DNA from: Eubacteriales bacterium | GTDB lineage: Bacteria > Bacillota > Clostridia > Oscillospirales > CAG-272 | Assembly (NCBI GenBank): GCA_045632405.1 | Contig: JAZQWO010000030.1 | Span: 23,769-87,768 of the forward strand | Length of the DNA: 64,000 nucleotides | Reading direction: 5' to 3' | Part shown: positions 17,458 to 26,548 of the stretch, piece after piece | Layout: the number at the start of each line of letters is the position of its first letter | Numbering within the stretch: the first letter of the stretch is position 1 | The notes under the pieces: model-generated | What the model was told of the DNA's origin: nothing | Databases searched by the model: none | Seen by the model: the letters and a program-made list of their open reading frames with translations, nothing else | Made by a program: the position numbers and the translations under genes

Positions 17458-17940
17458 TTAGTATAATTTTCCGTGATTTGTAACGATTACACCACCGCTT
17501 ATGTTAAGCACACCAAATGTGCCACTGTAACCGATAGAGCCGGGATTGAAAAGGCGGATACTTTTACCGTGAATTTCAAGGATGTCATCACAGGGCTGAT
17601 GAGTGTGACCGAACAACACGGCATCCGCCTCTAACTCTCTTGCCCTGTATGCCAAACGAGCATAGCCGCTTTTTGCGCTATACAGGTGCCCGTGAGTTAT
17701 GAGCAAGCGAATTCCGTCCAAATCAAGCACTCTTTCCGCCTCGTATTCATTTATCATAAAGTCACAGTTTCCTTTAACTATGAAAAAGGCAAATTCCGAA
17801 TATTCATTCTTAATTTTCTCTATGTCACGAACTCCGTCACCCAAAAATATTACTCCGTCAAGGCTTCCTCTTTGCAGAGAAATGGCTTCCTTGATATTTT
17901 TATAGTTTGAATGAGAATCGGAAAATACTAAAAGCTTCAT
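17458..17940 (-). CDS. Metallophosphoesterase, YfcE/MJ0936 family
   Basis: 160 aa from ATG 17940 (SD AAGGAG). Motifs FSDSHSN, LGDGV, GNCD and GHTH. Confidence 0.8.
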   Translation of the reverse strand: MKLLVFSDSHSNYKNIKEAISLQRGSLDGVIFLGDGVRDIEKIKNEYSEFAFFIVKGNCDFMINEYEAERVLDLDGIRLLITHGHLYSAKSGYARLAYRARELEADAVLFGHTHQPCDDILEIHGKSIRLFNPGSIGYSGTFGVLNISGGVIVTNHGKLY

Positions 17941-18009
17941 ATGAACTCCTTGTGTCAAGCAAGTCAGCTCTTCATAAAATGATAATAATACCGCATAGGA
18001 GGTACTGAT

Positions 18010-18219
18010 ATGAAGATTGACAAAAAAATGATAGATAAGGTGCTAAAATTAAATGATGAGCAGTTATGGAGCGCAATACAGATTTTTGCGGCGAAATCCG
18101 ACACTCCAGCCATAAAGTCAATGGAAAAGCCGAAGGATATGTCAAAAATCAGAAGTGCTCTTTCTTCTCTTAAAGATGAGGACATTGACAAGATAGCTGA
18201 AATGCTGAAAAAGAGGTAA
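18010..18219 (+). CDS. Small hypothetical protein (69 aa, Lys/Asp/Glu-rich)
   Basis: SD AGGAGG 8 nt upstream. First gene of a tightly spaced tricistron, with 3-nt and 7-nt gaps. Confidence 0.6.
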   Translation: MKIDKKMIDKVLKLNDEQLWSAIQIFAAKSDTPAIKSMEKPKDMSKIRSALSSLKDEDIDKIAEMLKKR

Positions 18220-18222
18220 AAA

Positions 18223-18645
18223 ATGGCTGAGCTAAATTTTGATGAAATTTTGAATAAAATTGCTAAAAATCCCGATGTGCTATCTAAAATTTCAAAAATT
18301 TCCGAGAGCACAAAGGAAGGTGACAACGGCTCCCGCCTGTCAGAAATGATTGAAGCAATTTCACCTATTTTCTCCGAAAGCAGCAAAGAAAGCAGCTCCG
18401 AAAACGCAGAAATCGAAAGTATTTCAGCCGAAAAAACAGACACTCCCCTTGAAAAAACGCAAAATTTTGGCAAAAGCACAAATAGCGCTCTTCCATTGCC
18501 TGTTACAAAATTGACCGAACAAATACGAAACAACTCACCGCTTTTGTGCGCCCTAAAGCCATATCTTAGCCAAGGCAGACGGGAGCTGATTGACAATGTT
18601 TTGAAAATGGCACAGGTTGCTGATCTTATGCGTCTTATAAAGTGA
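18223..18645 (+). CDS. Hypothetical protein (140 aa), disordered Ser/Glu-rich centre, conserved-looking C-terminal helix ALKPYLSQGRRELIDNVLKMAQVADLMRLI
   Basis: Starts 3 nt after the upstream stop. I recognise no domain. Confidence 0.6.
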   Translation: MAELNFDEILNKIAKNPDVLSKISKISESTKEGDNGSRLSEMIEAISPIFSESSKESSSENAEIESISAEKTDTPLEKTQNFGKSTNSALPLPVTKLTEQIRNNSPLLCALKPYLSQGRRELIDNVLKMAQVADLMRLIK

Positions 18646-18652
18646 GGTATAT

Positions 18653-19105
18653 ATGTTTACAAAATACAGCGGCATAGACGTGCCGAAAAATTATAGCGGA
18701 AGCAGATTCAAGCAGAATTTGGAAACGGAAATGAAAACGCATAAGGCGCCGATTATTCAACCAGCTCCCACGGCCACGAAAAGCTCTCCTCAGCCAAGCT
18801 TCCAAAGCATCATTGATAAAGCGGTAAGCGATGAAAAGGAAACCCCTTCCGATTATACCGAACATACAGATGCTCCTAGCAATGAAATCCCCGACCCTGT
18901 ATCAATAATTGAGCCAAGTAGAGAGGGTGACGTTGATGTCCCCGCAGATAGCTCTTGTGTTAATTCAGCAATTAGCTCACTGCTTGAGTCCTTAAACGGA
19001 GATGACTTATTATTAATTGCTTTGATTATTCTTTTGTCGGGAAATGAGGGGTATGAAAACAAGGAAATTATAGTTACTCTTGCTCTTCTCCTTCTGTACC
19101 GGTAA
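18653..19105 (+). CDS. Hypothetical protein (150 aa), Pro/Ser/Asp-rich with C-terminal hydrophobic tail
   Basis: Starts 7 nt after the upstream stop. The C-terminus DDLLLIALIILLSGNEGYENKEIIVTLALLLLYR looks like a split hydrophobic tail anchor. Confidence 0.55.
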   Translation: MFTKYSGIDVPKNYSGSRFKQNLETEMKTHKAPIIQPAPTATKSSPQPSFQSIIDKAVSDEKETPSDYTEHTDAPSNEIPDPVSIIEPSREGDVDVPADSSCVNSAISSLLESLNGDDLLLIALIILLSGNEGYENKEIIVTLALLLLYR

Positions 19106-19967
19106 ACAAATTGTAATTGAACAAATCCATTGCATAAGACACAAGGCTTTTTTCGGTTGTTCCAAAAATTGATGCACATATTTTGTCCGTTTTGGAACCA
19201 TCCGCAGTTGTTATGAGGCTGATGCAAATGGAGCTCGGCATCACATCGACATCAAGGTCGATGTTGCCCTTGCCGCACAGTGATGTTACATAAGCGAGTC
19301 TCATAGCAACGTTTGGCTTTTGCTCGGCTAAGGAAAATGCGCCTTTAGAACGAGAAAATGTGTTCAAATTAACAGAAAAGTCCAAAATATGCTTGTCTAA
19401 TATATTTTTCACTGTAATCTCAATGGGATTTCTGTATTCTATCTCGTTAAGAATACTGATTATACCTGTTATTGCCGTTGTGAGAACCACAAGGTTACCT
19501 TGAAATTCAGCAGTTTTCTCTGATTTTCTTATTTCAACCTTTCTGTATGCGTAACGTATGTCCGATTTTATATTATCAACCACAGACACTATATAGCTAT
19601 TCAAATCAACACTGCCACGCACATTGCTACTGACAATTCTTGGATAGCTTTCAAATAGCTTTTTATCGCATTGCTCATTTTCGGCACAGGTCTTGCATAC
19701 ATTCCAAAGCTGCACTTGAATTGTGCGCAAAAGTCCTTGACCCACTATCTGCACAAGAGCTGTATTGTAGGGAAGATTTTTTGTTTTAATTATTTCAACA
19801 TAGCCATCGCGCAATGTATAATTCTCTAAAAGGTACTCGCTGATATTGTCGCCGATATGAGGGCAAGAAACTGCTGATATCAAGCTATTGTCAATAAAAA
19901 TAATCCGTCCGTTCAAATCAGCTATCAAGCACGGTGGTGTATCTAAGTTACAATTCTTTAAATTCAT
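19074..19967 (-). CDS. Hypothetical protein (297 aa); possible PAS-like N-terminus and degenerate GHKL-like C-terminal half
   Basis: Intact ORF divergent from hprK. The N-terminal LIADLNGRIIFIDNSLISAV..IGDNISEYL resembles a PAS core. GNLVVLTTAITGIISILNEIEY faintly recalls a histidine-kinase N-box. No H-box or G-boxes are visible. Confidence 0.5.
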   Translation of the reverse strand: MNLKNCNLDTPPCLIADLNGRIIFIDNSLISAVSCPHIGDNISEYLLENYTLRDGYVEIIKTKNLPYNTALVQIVGQGLLRTIQVQLWNVCKTCAENEQCDKKLFESYPRIVSSNVRGSVDLNSYIVSVVDNIKSDIRYAYRKVEIRKSEKTAEFQGNLVVLTTAITGIISILNEIEYRNPIEITVKNILDKHILDFSVNLNTFSRSKGAFSLAEQKPNVAMRLAYVTSLCGKGNIDLDVDVMPSSICISLITTADGSKTDKICASIFGTTEKSLVSYAMDLFNYNLFTGTEGEEQE

Positions 19968-20042
19968 ATTATTTTCCTTTTATTTATTGCTTTTTTGTAT
20001 TGTCTATGATAAAATTAAGATAAGTAAAATCAGGAGGGTATT

Positions 20043-20987
20043 ATGGACAACAACACCACTACTGCTATAAAGCCTGTTGCTTTATCAACAATAATTAAGG
20101 AGTTCAACCTGGAAACAGTTTATGCTCCTGAAAATATAGAGTCTGTTATGATAACAAGACCAGAAATTAACCGTCCCGGCTTGCCTCTTTCCGGTTTTTT
20201 TGATTATTTCGACCCTGAAAGAATCCAGATAATCGGCCGTGTTGAAGCTATTTATCTTGCCAAATGCACGCCACAGGAAAGGCGCGAGAAAATCGAAGCA
20301 TTTATGTCAAGAAGACCTGTTTGCATGATTATTGCTCGTAACATAGGTCCTTACCCCGAAATGATTGAATTTGCCGAAAAATATCAAATTCCGATTTTCA
20401 AAACCTCTGTTACAACAAACAGCTTTGTTTCAAGCATAATGGCATCACTGAAGGTGCATTTAGCACCTACAATCACAAGGCATGGCGTTTTGGTTGAGGT
20501 GTACGGCGAGGGTATTCTTATTACAGGCGACAGCGGCATAGGCAAGAGCGAAACAGCAATTGAGCTTATTAAGCGCGGACACCGATTGATAGCTGACGAT
20601 GCGGTTGAAATCAGCAAGGTTTCAGAAAAAACATTGGTCGGCAAGGCGCCTGATATTATCCGCTACTATATGGAGCTGCGTGGCATTGGTATCATTGACG
20701 TGCGCCGCATTTTTGGAGCAGGCTCTGTTAAGGAAACTGAAAAAATCGAGCTTGTTATAAACTTTGAGCCTTGGATTGAGGGCAAGGTTTACGACAGGCT
20801 TGGTATTGAAACGGAATATATTGATATTCTTGGAATCAAGGTGCCTTATATTAACGTGCCTGTACGTCCTGGCAGAAACTTGGCGGTTATTTTGGAAATT
20901 GCCGCAATGAATGCTCGTCTTAAAAAGATGGGCTACAACACTGCCGAGGAATTCAACAAGCGTCTTGAGGAAATATACAAGGCTTAA
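20043..20987 (+). CDS. hprK: HPr kinase/phosphorylase
   Basis: 314 aa. Walker A GDSGIGKSETAIELIKRGHRLIADD, with length and layout typical of HprK/P. Confidence 0.9.
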   Translation: MDNNTTTAIKPVALSTIIKEFNLETVYAPENIESVMITRPEINRPGLPLSGFFDYFDPERIQIIGRVEAIYLAKCTPQERREKIEAFMSRRPVCMIIARNIGPYPEMIEFAEKYQIPIFKTSVTTNSFVSSIMASLKVHLAPTITRHGVLVEVYGEGILITGDSGIGKSETAIELIKRGHRLIADDAVEISKVSEKTLVGKAPDIIRYYMELRGIGIIDVRRIFGAGSVKETEKIELVINFEPWIEGKVYDRLGIETEYIDILGIKVPYINVPVRPGRNLAVILEIAAMNARLKKMGYNTAEEFNKRLEEIYKA

Positions 20988-20996
20988 TATGCAAAT

Positions 20997-21025
20997 GAGG
21001 GTGGCTGTGCCACCCTCGTTTTTTA
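20997..21025. terminator. Rho-independent terminator after hprK (overlaps convergent stop)
   Basis: GAGGGTGGC-tgt-GCCACCCTC followed by GTTTTTT. Confidence 0.75.
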
Positions 21026-23221
21026 TGCTAATGTAATATGGTACAAGCGGGATGGGTATGTAAAGAAATCAAATTCCAAAAATAAACCAATGTTCATAAG
21101 CGCTGCGCCTAAATAGGTTTTCTCGCTACCGTTAATTCTGTACATCTTATCGGGGCAAAGACCCTTAACCTTAACATATTCGGGTGCTGTGCAAGCATCT
21201 GTTTCATAGCGAACGGCGCAAACGAGAGCTTCGCTGCCGTCAGGCTTTACAGTTTCCCAAGCGCAGAACAGGCTTTCTTCGGGTGTAAATGGAGAGATAA
21301 GACGGTAATAATCACCGCGCTGAATAAGCTCATAATAGCTCTTGAATTCCTTGATTTGACGGGAAATTTCTGCCTTTTCCTCATCTGTCATTTTTGTAAC
21401 GTCAAGCTCTAAGCCATATGTGCCGAAGTATGCTACGTTTCCTCTTGTTTTAAGAGGTGTCACACGTGCGTTTTGATGGTTAGGGCAAACGGAAACGTGC
21501 GCACCCATTGTGGATACAGGATATGCAAAGGATGTACCATACTGAATTTTGAGTCTATCTATTGCATCACTGTTATCACTTGTCCAAACCTGTGGCATAT
21601 AGTGAAGCATACCCATATCAAAGCGTCCACCGCCACCTGAGCAGCTTTCAAACAAAATATCGGGGTATCTTGATGTGATTCGCTCAAGCAAGTCGTAAAG
21701 TCCAAGCATATAGCGGTGATATACCTCGCCCTGCTTGTTAGCGGGCAACATCGCGCTATATAAGTCAGTAATATGTCTGTTGAAATCCCATTTTACGTAA
21801 GAAATATTTGCGCTGTCAAGAACAGAGACAAGCTGATTATATATATTATCAACCACGTCCTTGCGTGAAAAATCGAGCACGTACTGATTTCTTGAGAGCT
21901 GTGGTGCTCTGTTTGGCATTGCAAATGCGTAATCAGGATGAGCGCGGTAAAGGTCGCTATCCTCAGAAATACATTCCGGCTCAAACCAAATGCCGAACTT
22001 CATTCCCTCATCATTTATTCGCTTTGCAAGCTCGGAGAGTGTTCCTTGAAGCTTATTTTCGTTAGGTGTCCAGTCACCAAGGGCGCATCTATCATTATCG
22101 CGCTTGCCAAACCAACCGTCATCCATTACAAAAAGCTCAACGCCCATTTTTGCCGCCTCGTGAGCCATAGAAACAAGCTTGTCAGCGTTGAAATCGAAAT
22201 ATGTGCCTTCCCAGTTGTTGATAAGCACAGGGCGCATAGCATTTTTGAATTTGCCGCGGCAAAGATTGTTACGGATGGCACGGTGGAAGCAATTTGTCAT
22301 TTTCCCAAAGCCCTCGCCACTGTAAACCATAGCAACCTCAGGGCAAGTGAATGTGCCGTTGTTTTCTATTTCAAAATTAAAGTTTTCAGGGTTGATGCCC
22401 GCCACAACTCTTGTCTTTTCCTGCAGGTTTTTCTCGGCAGAAATCAAGAAGTTGCCGCTATAAACAAGACCAATACCCCAAGCATTTCCATATTCCTCAT
22501 TTGCGTTCTTGTCGCAAACCACAACAAATGGATTTTCCATATGTGAGGATGCGCCACGCATACTGGAAACAGAAAGCTGTGAATGCTTGATTCTTGATCT
22601 TTCCATCATTCTTTCACGGGTGTGTCTGCCGTGGAAGTACATCATATCATATGTGCCGTTTGGCAAGTCAAGTGTCAAGGTCAAAGCCTTTTCCAAGTGA
22701 ATTGGCGCGCCTGTTTTGTTCTCCACAACAATGCTTCTTGTAATAAGGTCGTATTCCTCGAAAACACCATAATAAAGGTGGAAATATACATCATTGGTAT
22801 TATCCTTGAGAGTAACAACCAAGGTATCTGCATCGTCACCATAGAATGATGGCAAGCCCTCTAATGAATACTTACCCTTTTGTATTTTTGCTGAAACAAA
22901 GCGAGGCTCTGCACAGAAAGAGCCATCAGCATAACGAACACCTGTTGTAGTTAGACGAAAGTCGCCTGAGCCTGCACAAGAAATTTCCTGGTGGATGGCA
23001 TTATAGGAATATGCCCACTGACCATTTGGAAAATCTGCCGGATTTGGTGAAAAGGATGCACCAAATACACATTCAACACCATAGTGCATATCCATATATT
23101 CCATTTTCTTGCCATAGTATGTATGCTCTAAAACGCCACACTCGTCAACCTTCATCTGATACATAGTATTTTTTGTAGTAAGTGTGTAGGTTTTATCTAC
23201 ATTATTAAATATAATAGCCAT
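21023..23221 (-). CDS. Alpha-galactosidase, glycoside hydrolase family 36
   Basis: 732 aa. GH36 blocks FVMDDGWF, KWDFNR and CSGGGGRFD. Confidence 0.9.
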   Translation of the reverse strand: MAIIFNNVDKTYTLTTKNTMYQMKVDECGVLEHTYYGKKMEYMDMHYGVECVFGASFSPNPADFPNGQWAYSYNAIHQEISCAGSGDFRLTTTGVRYADGSFCAEPRFVSAKIQKGKYSLEGLPSFYGDDADTLVVTLKDNTNDVYFHLYYGVFEEYDLITRSIVVENKTGAPIHLEKALTLTLDLPNGTYDMMYFHGRHTRERMMERSRIKHSQLSVSSMRGASSHMENPFVVVCDKNANEEYGNAWGIGLVYSGNFLISAEKNLQEKTRVVAGINPENFNFEIENNGTFTCPEVAMVYSGEGFGKMTNCFHRAIRNNLCRGKFKNAMRPVLINNWEGTYFDFNADKLVSMAHEAAKMGVELFVMDDGWFGKRDNDRCALGDWTPNENKLQGTLSELAKRINDEGMKFGIWFEPECISEDSDLYRAHPDYAFAMPNRAPQLSRNQYVLDFSRKDVVDNIYNQLVSVLDSANISYVKWDFNRHITDLYSAMLPANKQGEVYHRYMLGLYDLLERITSRYPDILFESCSGGGGRFDMGMLHYMPQVWTSDNSDAIDRLKIQYGTSFAYPVSTMGAHVSVCPNHQNARVTPLKTRGNVAYFGTYGLELDVTKMTDEEKAEISRQIKEFKSYYELIQRGDYYRLISPFTPEESLFCAWETVKPDGSEALVCAVRYETDACTAPEYVKVKGLCPDKMYRINGSEKTYLGAALMNIGLFLEFDFFTYPSRLYHITLA

Positions 23222-23247
23222 ATTACGCCCCCAAAAGCTTTTTCTTT

Positions 23248-23276
23248 AGTATATCACATACCACATATTATTTCAA
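23248..23276 (-). promoter_or_regulatory. Sigma-A-like promoter of the alpha-galactosidase gene
   Basis: On the minus strand: TTGAAA (23276..23271), 17 nt, TATACT (23253..23248). Confidence 0.45.
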
Positions 23277-23285
23277 TCAAAAAAT

Positions 23286-23320
23286 CAAAAAAAACGGGTT
23301 GAATCAACCCGTTTTTTTAT
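23286..23320. terminator. Rho-independent terminator after the solute-binding lipoprotein gene
   Basis: A8-ACGGGTTG-aat-CAACCCGT-T7. Confidence 0.75.
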
Positions 23321-23329
23321 TGTTTTCAG

Positions 23330-24988
23330 TTAGATACTGTCAGTTGCATCAAGCCATGCAAGGTTCCAGTCCTCCAATGTGCCGGAAGCATCTTCAACTG
23401 CGCCTGAGTAAGCAGCTGTGAAGTTGTTCTTACCGGAGGAGTAGGACTCGGACTGTACATCGGAGAGCAATCCGCTCCAACCGTAGCTATAACCAACGTC
23501 GTAGCAGAGGTTGTTGAAGATGTAGTTCTCAACGATATCCATACTGTCAGTAGCAGTTTCAGCGTCGAGCTTATTTCTTACGTTTTCCTTATAAGCGGAC
23601 ATAATGTACTTTTGTCCTGTGTAGGAAAGGATTTCGAAGAAGTAGTCAGACATTTCTCTGTCTGGTGTTGCCTTAGGAACACACATAAGAACTGACTGGT
23701 ATGCACATGGTGTGTAGTATGCCTCCTGTGCCTCAGAAAGCTTTGGACATGGGAGAAGACCTACCTTAAACTCGTCTGTCTGGTTTGTGAAGTAGTCTGT
23801 CTTTTGTACAACCTCATTGTAGAACAAAAGTCTGCCCTCTTCAAATGCCAACTGCATTGCGCCGAAGCCGCCGTCCCAGTTTGATCTTGCCCATTCAGCA
23901 CCGCCGATTGTAAGGATCTTGTCGATAAGAGTTGATACCTTTGTATCGTTAAGAGTAATCTTGTACTCGCCATCAACAACAGAAACCTGCTTAATGCCGC
24001 TGTACTGGAAGAATCTTGAAAGTGATGTTGTACCAAAGCCGTATGTATCGTCGTCTGTCCATTTCTGGTCGCCCTGGTTCTTTGTAACAAGCTTTGCAAC
24101 GTTTGTCATCTGGTCGATTGTCCACTTACCATCTCTTACCATCTGATAAAGATCTGGGAATGAATCGAAGCCATCTGTCATAGCAACGTTGTAGTACATA
24201 AGATAAGATGTCTGCTCGTCAAGGAAGCTGAAGTCACCTGCAACAAACAATGTCTTGTCATATACAGTGTAAGCCTCACGTGCTGCCTGGTTGTAGTATG
24301 ACTTATCAAGGTCAATGTACTTTCTGTCAGCAACGTTGAAAATTGTGTTTGAAATAACGATTGACTGTGCCTCGAGCATACGTGGCATAGCAATGTGGTA
24401 CTTTGTATTTTCGCTACCGCCGATAACAGCCTCAGAAAGAAGTGTAGCGATCATGTTGGAACGGGAGTTGATCCAGTTGATATCAACGCCGTATGTTTCC
24501 TTAATAAAGTCTCTTCTGTTAAGAACTGCAGAGTTAATAATAACGCCGAAGCCCTCTTTGCTATAGTAGTCGTCAGGACCTACGCACAACTCAACCTGTG
24601 ACCATGGTGCACCAGGAGCTGCATCTACAATCCATACTGTAGCAAGAACGTTAAGAGTGCTGCCACTCCATTTGGTTACTACGTCCGGTTCTTTTTCATC
24701 TACCGGTGGCTTTGGTGGTGTAACTGTACCTGAGCCTGAGCTTGATGTGGAATCTGTTGGTTTTGTACTGTCAGCCGGCTTGGAGCTATCGCCAGGATTT
24801 ACAATATCACTAGAATTTGTGGTGTCATCTGGCTTGCTGCTCTGTGGCTTGTTGCTTTCGCTTGGAGTTGTGGTATCTTGTGAGCTCTGTGTTGGAGTAG
24901 AAGACTCATTAGGATGCTCTTCACCGCACGCTACGATGGAAGGAAGAAGCATCAGCACAACAAGCAAAAGTGCGAAAAACTTTTTCAT
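23330..24988 (-). CDS. Large extracellular solute-binding lipoprotein (ABC-type, sugar-family) without adjacent permease genes
   Basis: 552 aa. Lipobox LLPSIVAC|G, an ~80-aa Ser/Thr/Pro/Asp linker, then a ~450-aa body resembling family-1 sugar-binding lipoproteins. The assignment is by overall pattern only. Confidence 0.55.
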   Translation of the reverse strand: MKKFFALLLVVLMLLPSIVACGEEHPNESSTPTQSSQDTTTPSESNKPQSSKPDDTTNSSDIVNPGDSSKPADSTKPTDSTSSSGSGTVTPPKPPVDEKEPDVVTKWSGSTLNVLATVWIVDAAPGAPWSQVELCVGPDDYYSKEGFGVIINSAVLNRRDFIKETYGVDINWINSRSNMIATLLSEAVIGGSENTKYHIAMPRMLEAQSIVISNTIFNVADRKYIDLDKSYYNQAAREAYTVYDKTLFVAGDFSFLDEQTSYLMYYNVAMTDGFDSFPDLYQMVRDGKWTIDQMTNVAKLVTKNQGDQKWTDDDTYGFGTTSLSRFFQYSGIKQVSVVDGEYKITLNDTKVSTLIDKILTIGGAEWARSNWDGGFGAMQLAFEEGRLLFYNEVVQKTDYFTNQTDEFKVGLLPCPKLSEAQEAYYTPCAYQSVLMCVPKATPDREMSDYFFEILSYTGQKYIMSAYKENVRNKLDAETATDSMDIVENYIFNNLCYDVGYSYGWSGLLSDVQSESYSSGKNNFTAAYSGAVEDASGTLEDWNLAWLDATDSI

Positions 24989-25121
24989 TATAGACCTCCT
25001 AAAAATTTATTTCAAAATTTCGCCAGAACTATTATACACTAACTTTATACAAAAATCAATATATAATGCGCATTTTTTTGTTAAAGATTTATAAATGAGG
25101 AATTGTTTTGTTTACAATTTA

Positions 25122-26474
25122 TTAAACAACACCCTGTGCGAGCATAGCGTCTGCAACCTTAATAAAGCCTGCAATGTTAGCACCAGCAACAAGGTCGTCG
25201 CCAAGACCGTACTGATTAGCTGCCTTGATGGAGTTATTGAAGATGTTCTTCATAATGCCCTTGAGCTTTTCGTCAACCTCTTCTGCTGTCCAGCTGTAAC
25301 GCATAGAGTTCTGTGACATTTCAAGACCTGAAACAGCAACACCGCCTGCGTTAACTGCCTTGGATGGAGCAACGATAACGCCGTTTGCCTTCAAGTAAGC
25401 AATTGCTTCATTTGTTGTAGGCATATTGGAAACCTCAACGTAGTACTTAACACCGTTTGCAACGATTTGCTCTGCTTCCTTCATACCAACCTCGTTCTGT
25501 GTTGCGCAAGGCATCAAGATATCTGCCTTAACACCCCAAGGCTTTTCCTTCGGGAAGAATGGAACACCGAACTTATCAGCATAATCCTGTACTCTATTGC
25601 GGCAAGAAGCACGCATTTCAAGCATAAAGTTAATCTTTTCCTCTGTGCAGATACCGTCCTTATCGTAGATGTAACCGTCAGGACCGGAAATTGTAACAAC
25701 CTTACCGCCAAGCTCACAAACCTTCTTAACTGTACCCCAAGCAACGTTACCGAAGCCTGAAATTGCAAAGGTCTTGCCCTTGATTGTGTCCTTGAAGTAA
25801 TCAAGCATATTTACTGTATAGTAAACAGCACCGTAGCCTGTTGCCTCAGGACGGATGAGAGAACCACCGTAGGAGATGCCCTTACCTGTCAAAACGCCTG
25901 TAAACTCGTTACGGAGACGCTTGTACTGACCGAACATATAGCCAACCTCTCTTGCGCCAACACCGATGTCACCTGCAGGAACGTCAAGGTCAGCACCGAT
26001 GTGTCTTGAAAGCTCTGTCATAAAGCTCTGGCAGAAGCGCATAACCTCTGCATCGCTCTTGCCCTGTGGGTCAAAGTCAGAGCCGCCCTTACCACCGCCC
26101 ATAGGAAGTGATGTCAAGCTGTTTTTGAATGTCTGCTCAAAGCCGAGAAACTTGATAATGCCCTCGTAAACAGATGGATGGAAGCGCAAGCCGCCCTTGT
26201 ATGGACCGATAGCGCTGTTGAACTGAATTCTAAAGCCGCGGTTAACCTGAACGTTACCGTTGTCATCTACCCACGGAACTCTGAACTTGATAATTCTTTC
26301 AGGCTCTACCATTCTTTCAAGAACGCCGCTCTTAATGTACTCCGGACGTGCCTCTACAACAGGCTCGATAGATTCCAAAACCTCTTTTACGGTTTGATGA
26401 AATTCCGGTTCGTTTGCATTTCTCTTAATTACTCTTTCCATTAATTCGTTAAGATACTGATTTTTAAAGCTCAT
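25122..26474 (-). CDS. gdhA: NADP-specific glutamate dehydrogenase
   Basis: 450 aa. Catalytic Lys box LPMGGGKGGSDFDP and Rossmann motif ISGFGNVAWG. Hexameric GDH length. Confidence 0.9.
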   Translation of the reverse strand: MSFKNQYLNELMERVIKRNANEPEFHQTVKEVLESIEPVVEARPEYIKSGVLERMVEPERIIKFRVPWVDDNGNVQVNRGFRIQFNSAIGPYKGGLRFHPSVYEGIIKFLGFEQTFKNSLTSLPMGGGKGGSDFDPQGKSDAEVMRFCQSFMTELSRHIGADLDVPAGDIGVGAREVGYMFGQYKRLRNEFTGVLTGKGISYGGSLIRPEATGYGAVYYTVNMLDYFKDTIKGKTFAISGFGNVAWGTVKKVCELGGKVVTISGPDGYIYDKDGICTEEKINFMLEMRASCRNRVQDYADKFGVPFFPKEKPWGVKADILMPCATQNEVGMKEAEQIVANGVKYYVEVSNMPTTNEAIAYLKANGVIVAPSKAVNAGGVAVSGLEMSQNSMRYSWTAEEVDEKLKGIMKNIFNNSIKAANQYGLGDDLVAGANIAGFIKVADAMLAQGVV

Positions 26475-26548
26475 TGTTGTTTACCCTCCTGATTTTCTAA
26501 TTAAACAATGATTTTTTATATTAATGCTCTTTTTTTAAGTGAGCTAAC

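Noticed and set aside
17964-18596. 210-aa ORF on the minus strand spanning the small-protein operon
   Set aside because: It is a mirror-image shadow of the Ser/Glu/Lys-rich plus-strand genes. Its translation is Ser/Phe/Leu/Ile low-complexity. It has no SD and would abut the YfcE-family gene. The plus-strand genes have strong SDs and tight coupling.
21938-22546. 202-aa plus-strand ORF inside the alpha-galactosidase gene (and several similar 60-150-aa ORFs in the track)
   Set aside because: These are antisense shadows of a long, motif-rich GH36 gene. The same reasoning applies to 30504..31091 and 31133..31669 (opposite clp/cvpA), to 1227..1813 (opposite the helicase) and to 2195..2635.
23233-23242. 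AAAAGCTTTT palindrome in the alpha-galactosidase 5' UTR as a cre (CcpA) site
   Set aside because: It lacks the central CG and the TG...CA ends of the cre consensus (WTGNAANCGNWNNCW). It is probably a chance AT-rich palindrome.
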